In this document: piece by piece, positions 23,801-36,399 of the stretch | How the letters are laid out: every line of letters starts with the position of its first letter | Numbering within the stretch: the stretch's first letter is position 1 | Assembly: GCA_026023565.1 (NCBI GenBank) | Contig: JAPETS010000006.1 | Location: 682,001-746,000, forward strand | DNA: 64,000 bases | From: Cirrosporium novae-zelandiae | Taxonomy: Eukaryota | Direction: 5' to 3' | The notes under the pieces: generated by a model | Told to the model about the DNA's origin: nothing | What the model saw: the letters and a program-made list of their open reading frames with translations, nothing else | The model's database searches: none | Program-made: the position numbers and the translations under genes

Positions 23801-26389
23801 ATGGATCAGAACAGACTTTTAGCAACCAGCACAAGCCAAGCGGATAGTCGCCCACCTCAAACCATTTCCGACACATCCAACGGCTTCGACCGTGTGCCAG
23901 GTCATCCAAGGAACACGTCCAGCTCTCATAATGGAGCCCCAGTTCCCAAGGTACGCCGCAGAAACCGCATGATAACCTCATGCTTGGAATGTCGAAGAAG
24001 GAAGTTAAAATGCGACAAATCTCATCCATGTGCCAATTGCTCAAAATTCAGAAGGGACTGCGTGTTCCTAGCATCCGCCTTGGATACCGCGTCGCAACTC
24101 AAGCTTTCAGAGATCAAGGAGAAGATGGGTTCCTTGGAAAGGGTATTGGAACACGATGTGGCTAGAAAGAACGACAATATGGCCCGAGAAAAGGCTCCGG
24201 CCCTGTTTGGTCAGGAACAAGAATCAGACAATGTCCTTGTACCCGACGACGAGAAAGATCTTGATCCGACACCATTATCTGTCATTGATGCGGCCTATGG
24301 TGATGGTGCAGACGATGACCTGCTCGACCTGGGTATTAAATTAGGCAAACTAAGGCTTAATGAAAGAATCGGTGGATATTTTCGACCCAAGATTCATGAA
24401 GAGGTATTGTTACTGCTCATGCTTTACTGGGAGGTCAAGCTCTCTTTGACAAACTGTATAGCTTACCATAGGATTGAACGATGCATTGCTTGATCGCCGG
24501 TCACCAGACGAAAAAGAAGCTGAAAACTTCACCCCACCGCAGACCTCATCAGATTTGTCTTACTTAGCCCCGGGTCCTAACTACATTGCACCCTCGTCAA
24601 ATTTTTTCTTCGGCGGACATATGCAATTGAAATCTCTAATAGATTATCTTCCGTCGAGGTCCGCAGCAGATCTCCTAATTCAGCAGTATTGGGTTGCAGT
24701 CCACCCCGTTGTGAGAGTTGTCCACAGGCCTAGCTTTGAGAACCAGTACGAAACATTTTGGGCTGAGATCACAGCAGGGATACAGCCTGTTGCCTCTCTT
24801 CAAGCACTTGTATTTTCTGCTATGTTCTCGGCCGTTGTTAGCCTTCCAGAAACCGCAATATTAAATAATTTTGGAGTATCAAGGAGAAAACTCATCGATA
24901 ACTTTCACCAGGGTACAGAGGCTGCTCTAGCCGCTGCAAATTTTCTACGAACCTCCAAAGTTGAGACGTTACAGGCTCTGGTTATGTTTTTGGTAAGAGG
25001 TCATTGACATGTTGATAACATCGAGTTAAACTGATCACGCAAGATTCCCCTATGTCGGAATGAAATGTCTCGAGCCCACTCTGCCCTCATAGGTCTCACA
25101 ATCCGTCTCGCCGAATGCATGGGTCTGCACCGAGATCCTTCACACTATGGCCTTACTCGCCTTGAATGTCATGTTCGCCGGATTCTTTGGGCTCAAATCT
25201 GTTTTCTAGATATACGTACCTGTGAGGTTCAGGGACCAAGACCGACGATTCGCAAAGACGAATTCGATACAAAGCTCCCCGAACTAATTGATGATGATGA
25301 CCTGTTAGCCAATCCAGATTGTCAGGAGCACCCAGAGCGATGGACAGATATGACTTTTGCTCGTATCCGTTTCGAATGCAATGAAATGCATAGACAAATA
25401 TGGGTCGACCGCCCCCGCATCGAGAAAAAACAGATCAGCCTTACCTCTTGTGTGGCGAAAATTGAAGGCTTTCGTAAGAGAATGAATCAGAAATATTTGC
25501 CTGTTATCAATGACAGTGATCCGCTCCAGCGGGACGCGCATCTTGTAATGGAGCTCCTTACAAGCCGTATGGTTATTATGCTACTTCATCGTTACCACAG
25601 TATGATCAACAACCGTCTTCCAGATCGGTTGCGCCAACTCATTCTTACTGCTGGCACTGTGCAGCTAGAATCATCTATGGCGGTTGAAACGATACCTGAA
25701 CTGCAGACCTGGGCGTGGTATGCTGGCGCTTACCAGCAATATCATGTGGCCTTTCTCCTCTTGGCCGAAATCTTTATCTTCCCGACACGTAAGGAGGCTG
25801 ATCGTATATGGGCCTGTTTAGATTATATCTTTGAGCCACCGCTACGTTTAACAAGAGATCAGAAAGCTAGGCTCATCCTTAGAGAGATCAGAGACAGGAC
25901 AACCGTGTACAATGGAATAAGGAATGTCAAAGCCCCTGTGGCAATGACGAAAGCCCTTGGATTGACACCACCTAGAAAGGTCGCTGATAGGGGATATCCA
26001 CAAATGATGTCTCAAAGTGCTCCCGCTAATGTTTCTGATGCTCCAGCAATTGGTCAGGAATTTCAATTTACGGGAGTTGCTAATGGCGAAGCATTATTCT
26101 CATCTCAAGTACCAGATACATATTTAAACCCAAACGCTGTTCAAGGAACAGCCCTTGGACATAGCCCTAGTGGGAGCAGTTCTGGCATAGAGACATCAAT
26201 TGATGAATTAATGACTACTATTGATTGGGTGAGTGGTCCTTTCGATATATTCCATGTGACGACAGATATGCTAATTTGGATCTGCAGAATGAATGGGATA
26301 AATTATTCCCCTCTGAGATTCCATCTGGAACCTCTTCAGGGGACTTTACAATGCCTGCTATGACCAGATTTGGTAATGATGGATGTTAA
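23801..26389 (+). CDS. Zn(II)2Cys6 transcription factor with fungal TF middle homology region
   Basis: 4 exons (23801-24403, 24462-24992, 25044-26228, 26289-26389). SCLECRRRKLKCDKSHPCANC...C and MGLHRDP...RRILW motifs. Confidence 0.93.
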
Positions 26390-26866
26390 TGATAGGTATA
26401 TGAGGTCATGTATAATATATTGACACAGGATTTCGGTTTTTATATTTACAATGCTATCAAATAGAGAATAACTGATGTATAGAAGTTCGACTGCAATTCT
26501 CGGTAGTGATGACGGCGCACACGTGTTTTATGATTAATAGCAAAGAATTGATCATTGCATTTGTTCAAACATTCTCTTGTCGTGGACCTCGTAGATTCTT
26601 CAGCCTTACACACAGCACTGAAACAGGACGCCCTCGCCGTATGTTCTCAAGTACCACTGCTAAGGATTCTCGGATTGTCCATATGATGGAGGATATACCC
26701 TGATCAAAAATTTCTGAATTTCTGCTTTCCAAGTTGTTTTTGAGCCATCTTACTGGTCTATTTTTGCTTGCTGACCGAGTCTACCTCACTTTCCAGCCTT
26801 GTCTCAACGCCCTTTCTAACAACGCCCTTTCCTGCGAACGCCCTCTGCTTACACGCTACAATCAAA

Positions 26867-27869
26867 ATGGATCCAATAAAATCCCAGTTCAGCATGCAGC
26901 CTAATGCAGAATTTCTGCAAGACGGCAGTGCTGAGCTTGGGTAAGTTTTTTTTTTGACATACTTCTTACCCCATTAGGCCAGGAATTTCTCCATTTTCAG
27001 GAACCAATAGCTTTGTTGGCCCTATCAACACATTGCCATTTGGCCAAGAGCCACTAACTCATGGTACGCACGACAATTCATCTTCTCTCCAGTTGTCTAC
27101 CAACTTTGGTAGATATGATTTTACCGGCGGCTTCTCACAAGAGCCGTTTTCCAGAAGGCAACATAGTCTTTTTAATAATGCTTTAACCCCCACCATCCTC
27201 CCCAGCAACATAGGGAGCTTTGCTTACACGAACGACCATGTCTTTCAGTATCCAGTTGAGACTGGTAGAGTTAATCATCAGCTTACTGGAAATGGCACCG
27301 GAGGCACTACCAACAATATAGGAAGCTTCAACTTCACGGATAGCTATGCCATTCAATATCCCGCTGGGGTTGGTAGAGCTAATTACCAACTTGCCGAAAA
27401 TGGTATCGAAGATTTTACCAACAGCATAGCAAGCCTTAACTCCACAGCTAATTATCAGCTTGCCGGAGATGACACCAGAGGCACTACCAACAACGTCCCT
27501 CAGCCCACTCTCATTGGACCCTCAATCCATCCTATCAGTCAAGATGTCACTGTTCTCACCCCTAAAACCAGAACCAGGAAAGAAAAAGAAAAAGGAAAAG
27601 AATCTAACAATTCCACATCTGGCCCCAGCCCCTACCCCCGTACCCGCTGCTCAAAATGCCCCTCCACCTTTTCCCGCAAGGCCGACCTCCTCCGCCACAT
27701 GAGGGATAAACACTCGGGGCGTGTATACGACTGCTGGGCTCTTGGCTGTCAACGCAACGGGGAAAAGGCATTCGGTCGTAGGGACAAGTTGTTGGATCAT
27801 CAACGGAAAGTACATGGAATGAAGGATAAGGCTACTCCGATATCCAGTGGAGTTGAAAGTGAGGAGTGA
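26867..27869 (+). CDS. C2H2 zinc-finger protein (two C-terminal fingers)
   Basis: CSKCPSTFSRKADLLRHMRDKH and CWALGC...FGRRDKLLDHQRKVH. Probable first exon 26867-26940 joined through a 37-nt intron (26941-26977). Confidence 0.8.
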
Positions 27870-28099
27870 GGAGGCTTCAAGATGACTTGTTGGGCTATGC
27901 AGATTCCGTCTAGCGTTAGACAAAGGAAAGAAGGGTGGAAGTGACTGTGGAAGTGACTTGATAGCCGTTTTATGAACCTTATCGTCTTGACGGACCTACT
28001 TTTTGATAGGACGTGATACTTGACTTTTTTTGCTTTTTTAAGGTACACGGATTAAATGGAATGAAGAAATGCCACCCACTTAACAAAAAACATTCCGTT

Positions 28100-30600
28100 T
28101 TTCTACATCTATAGTATAAACAATGACTCCATCCCTATTTCGATTCCTTCCCTTCCCTTCCCCTCTCTCAACTCATGTTTATTATTTAAAATATAACAAA
28201 TATAATAGATATTGCTGATATTATATACCAATGAATAAATTAAATAGACCACCTACCTACCTACCTACCTACCTACCTACCTAGATAAATACCTCCCTCC
28301 CTCCTTCCCTCGCTCACTCAACCCACCAACCCTCAGGGCTCTCAAACAACTTCGAAAGCCCGAAACAGTGTCAGGGGGGGAGGAGGCAAGGGGTGAAATG
28401 GATGGATATAATCAATCAATTACATTATGCTAAGTCAAGTTAGATTTAAAAATTGGCAAGGTAAGATAAGGTAAGAGTAAGGTATCTGGGTGACATAAGA
28501 ATTGGATAACTTGATGTAAGTACCTAGGTAAGTGACGATTCATATCCCCATCCCCATCCACACCCCCCTTTATCCCCCTTAATCCTCTATAAAAAAATCC
28601 ATTTAATATATATTTTTCCTTTCCCCTTATTCTTTTTTCTTTTTTCTTCTCAAACCCACAGCTATAAAACATGGCATAAAATGGTATAAGACATGAAAGA
28701 GAAATAGAAATAAGAATATAAATTATCCATCCACCCCTTCCCCTCCTCTCCTTTCCTTTCCTTCATTTAAACCAAAAAAAAAAAAAAAGGTCAAAAAAGA
28801 GGTAAAGAAAGAAAGTAAAATAAAATACCTCATCCCTCATCTTCTCACTCCTGAAAGAAGTATTAATTCCCCTCCATCCCCTTCCATCCAAGTCTGCCAA
28901 AAAAGCCAAACACATATACACACACACACTCTCTCTCTTTTATAAAACGCCTAGATATATGTGATTCTTTTCCGTTTTTCTGTCTTTTCTCTCTCTAGGA
29001 GGAGAAGCGGAAGTAGAAGAAGAAGAAGAAGAAGAAGAAGAAGGAGAGAGAAAAAACGGAAAATAGGTAGGTAGGTAGATGAGTAGGTAAAGTAGATAGA
29101 CGTCATGACTTTCCTCTCTCTCTCCCATTTCCTCTCTCTCCCTCTCCCCACATAGCCTACATAGCACATACTACCCCCCCCCCCTCCACTTTCCCCATCA
29201 CCCCATCATCCATACCATAGCCACCCAACAACAAATCATCATATACATATCCCCATAGCCCCGGATCAGTATGTCCTCCCCCCTCTACTCCCAACCCTCC
29301 ATCCTCTAGCTCGGTATTAAGAACCCATCATTTTCGTTTCCATTTTCATTTTATTGTTCGAACTTGGGATCTTCCGAGCTTGGGATGACTTGGATGACTT
29401 GATGGGACACGTGGGGGTAGTGGAATAGTGGGACGGAATATGAGGGTTTGGAGTTAGGATTTAGGCTTATGATATGCTCGAGCGTATGCCATATATCATA
29501 TAAACAACCTCCCTAACCCCCTTTAGTATCCTACCTTGTTTAATATTAATACCAATACCCCAGCTCTAACAAAAAAAAACCCAAGGCCCAGATGGATTTT
29601 GGATGATCCATATATAATATGCTTAGAGACAGATTCCGTGCTTGAGGGAGGGGCACGAAATATGATAAATGCAAGAGAATGCGAGAAAATGTGAAATAAT
29701 AATGATATCGTCGTTAATTCATTAACAAATAGATCCAAGTATCACAAACACAACAGACTTATATCTACTGTATTCCATACCCAACTTTATAAACTCGAAG
29801 GAACTCGAAGAAATTCTCTTTTTAGGAAATATAAGAATATAAGAAGGAAGCGTCGAGGCGAGAGGGGACGAGAGATAGTATATTGGGGTTTGGAAGAGTA
29901 TCTGGGTAGGGAAATGGAAATATTGTCACAGTGTTAGGAGTTAGGAGGACTAATCACTGTTAAAAGACAAGCTAAATGGAACGTGGGATACTGTATCCGC
30001 TCCTTGAACAGATACGGATATAAAGCCCAGTGGTTGTTAGGAGATAGAGATATAGATATAGATACATAACCAGACTACGTCGTACAGTAACACTCACCCA
30101 CTCACCTCACCCACTCACCCACTCGCTCACCCGAAAACGAAAACCGTAAGCAAAATAAATCCAATCATCCAAGCACCGAACTAACTATCAGACAAATAGC
30201 TACCTAAGTACCTAGCTAATGAATCTATATTTTTCAAAACTTGTTCAGGTTAACCATTGACTCTCAACCAACCAACCATCAACGGCTTGCTTATCCATGG
30301 CCCATGGATGGCAAAAGCTGAACTCAACCAACGACTGGAAGCAGGGGAAAAAAAAAAGAAGTTCAAGAATCAAGAGAGCTTTGATGGATGATATCGGATA
30401 TTGGACATTGGGGAAGTACTGTACCCTGGTCATGTGTTAGAATGTTACAGTATCTAAATAAGCAAGCAAACGGAACAATTTTTCATAAAAAAATATATGG
30501 CAAGTAATGTCTTCAATATTCAGAACAGGATGCTCTGTCCATCATTTGAGTATAGGCGATGGATGCTCTATCCACAAATTTGCATTTAATGCTAAGCCTA
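28100..30600. repeat. Microsatellite/low-complexity intergenic island ((ACCT)n 28251-28283, poly-A, (CA)n/(CT)n, (GAA)n near 29015-29043)
   Basis: Simple repeats read directly; no credible ORF. Confidence 0.85.
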
Positions 30601-30682
30601 TATAAATCCCTCCAACCCCCCAAATACCAAAAGCCCTCGTTTAAACCCCGAAAAATACAAAAAAAAATCAAAAACCGAATAA

Positions 30683-32407
30683 TTATTCCAAATCCTCTGG
30701 TCGCTTCAGGGGAGATGTACGCCTTGATCCGCCATCTAATGCTTGTTGCCCTTCTGACAGATTGACAGTGTCCGTAAGAACTGACAAAGGTGGACCGGTA
30801 GTAGATTCCAGCCGATCCGCAAATGTGTAATCCCCATCTGGGCTGCTTTCTTCTATCCTCTCGCCCCTCAGGGGTTCGTATATATCTTCATCCATGGTTA
30901 ATTTATCCAGTTTCTCTCTCTCTTCCCGGCGCATCTTCATGATCTTCATGTAGTTATACGTTGCAATGCTCGCAATGGTGACAAATAAACCACTAAGATT
31001 TATAGGAGTGAGGCTATCATGAAATACAATCTGAGAAGCAATTATCGTCACCACTTCTTTAAAGATACCACATATACTAAGTGTCACGACCGAAGTTCGT
31101 TGGAGGAGTGCGAATTCTGAAGAAATCATGCAGAATGCGAGGCAGCCAGGAAATAGGAGAATCAGTATGCCCATCATTGTACCATTTTTGTCTGTGAGAA
31201 TGCCTAGACCCTCAATCACCGCCAAAGGACCTTCAACGGGGACAGCGATCACAAGGAGGCTCACAAACATGATTGGCGCAAGGAAGAATATTGAAGAGAA
31301 CGGATTGGACGTTGCTGGATGCCGAAGTAGTAGTATTTGTGTCAAAGCCCATCGGAACCCGGAGAAAAAGGCCGACGAGATAATTAGGATAAAACCCAGT
31401 GCATTAAAGGCAGTTTCTCCAGCTACCATCATAATAACTCCGACTGTCATGGTTCCAATGATGACAACGAGTTTAACCGAAGGCTGTTCCAAGTGAAAGA
31501 CAAATGCGAAGAGAAGAACAAAGGCAAGGGCCGAAGATTTACACATTGTGTAAAAAGTCAAGGATATAAATTTGAGGGACATGTTCCCTAGACCAATATC
31601 GAGCCCTGTGGCAGTACCGCAAGGACCTATCCGAGTAATATAGAAATTTCGAGTCATTATGGGTTTCTTTGCGGTTGGAGGTGCGCTAAGATCGTCATCT
31701 AGGTCGGAATGCTCAGGGCGTGGTCTTAAATTCGGAAGAAAGTATAGGACGGTGGAGGCAAGTGAAAATTGTACGAGCATATGCAAGCAAGTCGTAAAGA
31801 GTGGGAAGTGGAAGTCGAGATGATCTTTTGAAAACATCCATTTATTGTACTGATTGATATTAGCCAGCTGACATGTGCTGAAGACAGGGGAAGCTTACAA
31901 TTGAAATAGACAATGAAAAGAAGTACCTGTTCAAAATGTCAGCACCTTTGACGCCTAGAAATTGATATTGACATACCATGATCCTATGAGGGAACCATTG
32001 ATAATAGATCTTTGTAAAACGCTTAGATTGGCCAGTTTGTTTTGTTCTTCATGTATAGACCTAACATCTCCTAGAATTCGACCATCCATGGCCGTATTGC
32101 GACGCCTTCTTCTCCTTCTTTTACTCCTTTCCTTTTGTGTAAGACCCGTTTCTTCATCATCATCCAAGCCTTCATCTGAGGCTATATCGTCGAGTTCCAT
32201 CTCGTCGTCACTGGTAGAGGGTAGAGACTGACTGTCGTCTTCAGGAGGTTTATTCTCTTCGTCTTCTTCTTCGATATTTTGATCTTTCAATGCCGTGTTT
32301 CGGGAAGATGATTCGGATTTCGGATAAGCAGTGCGGGTGCCAGTTGAAAGCTTACTCGTATTGGCGAGGGAATTGCTTCTCCTGCGGTGTCCGGAGCCAC
32401 CTTCCAT
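30683..32407 (-). CDS. Triose-phosphate/nucleotide-sugar transporter family (SLC35C2-like)
   Basis: 3 exons with a small middle exon near 31900-31926. Motifs WYFFSLSISIYNKWMF, FPLFTT.LH, TGLDIGLGN.SL, TFYTMCKSS and SICGIFKE. Confidence 0.9.
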
Positions 32408-33878
32408 TTGAAAATTCCGGAATTCAATTCAGTATGCTATTGCATGGGCGAGGTTTGTAAGAAGAGAAGTAAGAATAAAATAATACTAAATGAAAGATCG
32501 TAAAGAGTGTCCGATGATAAATTTAGTATTGAGTACCAAGATGGGAGAGTATGGTAGGTACGGGTTTGGAGGGGGGGGGGGGGTGTGAAACAAAGCCGGA
32601 CACAATGTCAGCTAAATTTGGTTGTTCAACTAATAACAGAATATCTTGACTCTACTACTTTTTGGTGACAAGGGATGTGAAGGATTTTAGAAAACAAAGT
32701 AAATTGGTAGGATAGTGATAGAATATATTTATTTTACTGTATGTATATTAAAATAACATTTATTTGTTGTGCACGCGACTATGGGATAAGTCCATCAACC
32801 TTTGATCTGGGTGGTGAGTAAAGGTCATTTAGCATTGGGGATGATGGTATGGCTGGGATAGATCGAGTACGAATAAGATAGTTGGTGTAGCCGAATTAAG
32901 CTTGACGCACAGTGATCAGACCACATGTTGGTCTGTGTCACCTAATTGTACCAATCCGAGGCCACCAACATCATCCAACTCGAACTCCTGAATTTCACAC
33001 TCCAGACCGCTTCCACGCGTGGCCTTTGTGGTTTTGTTAATTTAGGGGAATGCTACCAAAGAGAGTCTCTCGGATGTCGGATTTGAATATTCCGCGGCGC
33101 CAAATGCAAGTTATGGAAGTGATTTGAAGATTCTTAATCACACACCTCTTCATCTGGTAGGGGTGTCGGCTGTATTTTAACTCGTCTGTCCAATTCGTTG
33201 CCCTCTCCCACATCTTTCATTTCAACTCCATAAATCAATGAAATATATCTCGCTAGATTCCACAACCCTCGTCCTCCCATGTAAGCTTGAATCATTTGAA
33301 GCTATAAACATGTTTCTCCCTACATTGTCAGCTCAGTACTTAGTACTTTTCACTGTCTGTGTAAAAATTATTAAAACATTCACCATTGTCCCCTTGACCA
33401 ACTCTTTATCAAAAATCTCCAGAGAGTTCTATGTATTGGCATATAATTACTAAGCAGTAGTAAGAGCATTTGAGACCATTAACACCCTAGCAGTACTGTT
33501 TTTTGAGATTTTTCTGGGTTCTTCGGAGAATTGGATCCGTCGTCACCAGTTTGCTGTTGCATCATTAATATTGGCTTTCAAACTTTCAGTTCTTCTATTT
33601 GAAATACTTTAATTATCAACAGGAGCGCAGGAAGCATATGAATCCTCTGTCTGCTGAATCACCAATACCGCTTCAATGACAAACCTAACTATCGCTGACA
33701 CATTGTGACATAACCCACCAATTACAAAGTCTAGGAACGAAATCTTAAATACAGCTTCTAATCATCATTTCGCCTGCAGTTAATGACTTGATGCATTCGG
33801 TTTCCCTCAGCAGGGATATATCAGATTCATATCACGTTTATAACAGGTATTCATGCCCATGGGTTCTCAGCCTTGAAA

Positions 33879-36210
33879 ATGGAAGACCATCCTACAAACT
33901 CTGAGCTTTCCCCCTCTCCCATATCTCAAAGCTTCGTTAACAATCCATACACACCAATCGAAGACTATGGCATCATTGGAAACATGCGTACTTGTGCGCT
34001 CATAAACAAACGAGGAAGCCTTGATTACATGTGTTGGCCAAACTTTGATTCGCCGTCGGTTTTCTGCCGCCTATTGGACAAAAATGACGGCGGCCACTTT
34101 AGTATTACTCCCGTGAAGGGAACATTCTCGGTAGCAAAGCAACAATATTTGATGAAGACAAATATTTTGCAGACCCGATGGATTCATGAAGATGGTGTTG
34201 GAACTCTTACCGATTTCTTCGCGAGATCAGAACCAACCTTAATACGTCGAGTCAAATGTATTCGAGGGACTGTCAAAATAAGGGTTGAATTCTATCCAGC
34301 ATTCAACTATGCTAAAGTAAAGGCTACTCGAAGCACCTATACAAAAGTCACTGGCGGACAGATTGTTCAGTTTTCAAGTCCAGATTTAGCTCTCCGACTT
34401 GATGCGATTTGTGACACTGATGATCCTCGGCATGCTTCGCTATCATTTTCAGCTCGGCAGTCAAAAGCTTCTACTCACACGCCTTTCATATTCGAGGAAG
34501 AGGGACATGATGATCACATAGACGGGGCAAGTAACAGCCCAAACGGAGTTGTGGCAACCTTTACCCTCAATGAGGGCGAAGGCTATTCTTTCGTTCTTCG
34601 AGAAGTTAGGGTAGGATACATAGCTGAAGCGTTATCGATTCACAAGATCAACCTCATGGAACAGGAGACGCGCGAATTTTGGCGTGGTTGGATTTCGAGT
34701 TGCAAGTACAAGGGTCGTTTCCAAGATATGGTAGAAAGAAGCCTTATGATCCTCAAGCTTCTTACCTTTGAACCCACAGGGGCTATTGTTGCAGCCCCAA
34801 CCTTTTCGCTCCCCGAGGACATTGGTGGAAAACGCAATTGGGATTACAGGTACTCTTGGGTAAGAGACGCAAGTTTTACCGTGTACGGTTCGTATTTAAC
34901 TTGAATTTTATGGAAAGAAATCAGTTAATCAGAGTCAGTACTTCTCCGGGTTGGCTTTACCACAGAGGCAGAAGCTTACATTGATTTCATCACCAACCGG
35001 CTACGTTTCTCAAGAAACAAAGATGGTTCTCTCCCAATTATGTTTAGTATTCACGGCGATACTCAGCTAGAGGAAATTGAACTACCTCATTTGGAAGGTT
35101 ATCGTGGTAGTCGACCTGTTCGAATTGGAAATGGTGCTTCTGATCATATTCAGCTCGATATTTATGGCGAATTGATTGATGCAATCTACCTATACAACAA
35201 ATATGGAAAGCCAGTTTCTTATGATCAATGGGTTGCCGTGCGCGAGATAACAGATTACATCTGCACCATCTGGAAGAATCCCGACATGTCTATCTGGGAG
35301 GTACGAGGACAAAAAGAAAATTTTGTATACTCGAAAATCATGCTGTGGGTAGCCTTTGACCGAGCCCTACGGCTAGCTTTCAAACGCTCGTTCCCATGCC
35401 CTGGTCGTTATAAATGGCGGAGCATCCGAGACGAAATTTATGAGGACATTATGGAAAAGGGGTTCAACAAGGAGATGAATTGCTTTGTCCAAAGCTACGA
35501 GAGTCATGAGGTTTTGGATTCTGCTGTCCTCATCGGGCCTCTGGTTTTTTTTATGGCACCCAACGATCCTAGATTCTTAGGTACTCTCGATGCTATCCTC
35601 AAACCACCAGAGAAGGGTGGCTTGACGAGCACGGGGTTGGTGTATCGATACAATCACCTGAAGAGCCAAGATGGTAAGTTATTCGTATAAACGTACCTGG
35701 CACCTCAGCGTATCACCTTTATTCCAACAATCAAATTAACCCGGACGCGATCTCACAGCCCTTGAGACGCAGCTATTTCCAGCTACCCCAATACCCTTAA
35801 CCCCTCAGCCTACACATTCCGCTCCTTCCCCAACGTCCCCTTCTACAATACCCATCTATTAACTCTACCATCTTATAGGTGTAGGCGGAAGAGAAGGAAG
35901 TTTCACCATGTGTAAGAAGCCCCCTCCCCAATGCCCCCCCATTTCCCAATCCCTAACCTTCCCAGGCACTCTATGGCTCGTAGAAGCTCTAACGCGCGCC
36001 GGCCGCTACGACAAAAAATACCTCGACCTCGCCGTGACCATGTTCGAAGGCCTCCACTCCTTCGGAAACCACTTGGGAATCTTCAGCGAGCAGATTGCAG
36101 CCAGCGGGGAACAGCTAGGGAACACGCCTCAGGCTTTTAGCCATATTGCGTTGATTAGTGCAGCGTTCAATCTGGATCGAACGTTGAGCGGGAAGTGGGA
36201 TTCTGTTTGA
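33879..36210 (+). CDS. Glycoside hydrolase family 15 (cytosolic, trehalase/glucoamylase-like with N-terminal beta domain)
   Basis: 4 exons (33879-34887, 34939-35673, 35879-35911, 35966-36210). Motifs [47 protein letters not shown] and FSEQI...[10 protein letters not shown]. Confidence 0.92.
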
Positions 36211-36399
36211 TAGGTTGGGTTGGAGGATTTTGTGTGTGAAATTCGTTTTCAGGCTGTGTGTCCCTTTGGTATGGCTGCGAAACTGCTGTTCAAAGAACAC
36301 CACGTTTTGGTTGTAGCGAGAACGGTATCCTCTCCATTGGGGCCATTCGGGTGTTAACTTATCATCGTCAAAATCCCTGACGCAAGTATCCGTGAAGGT

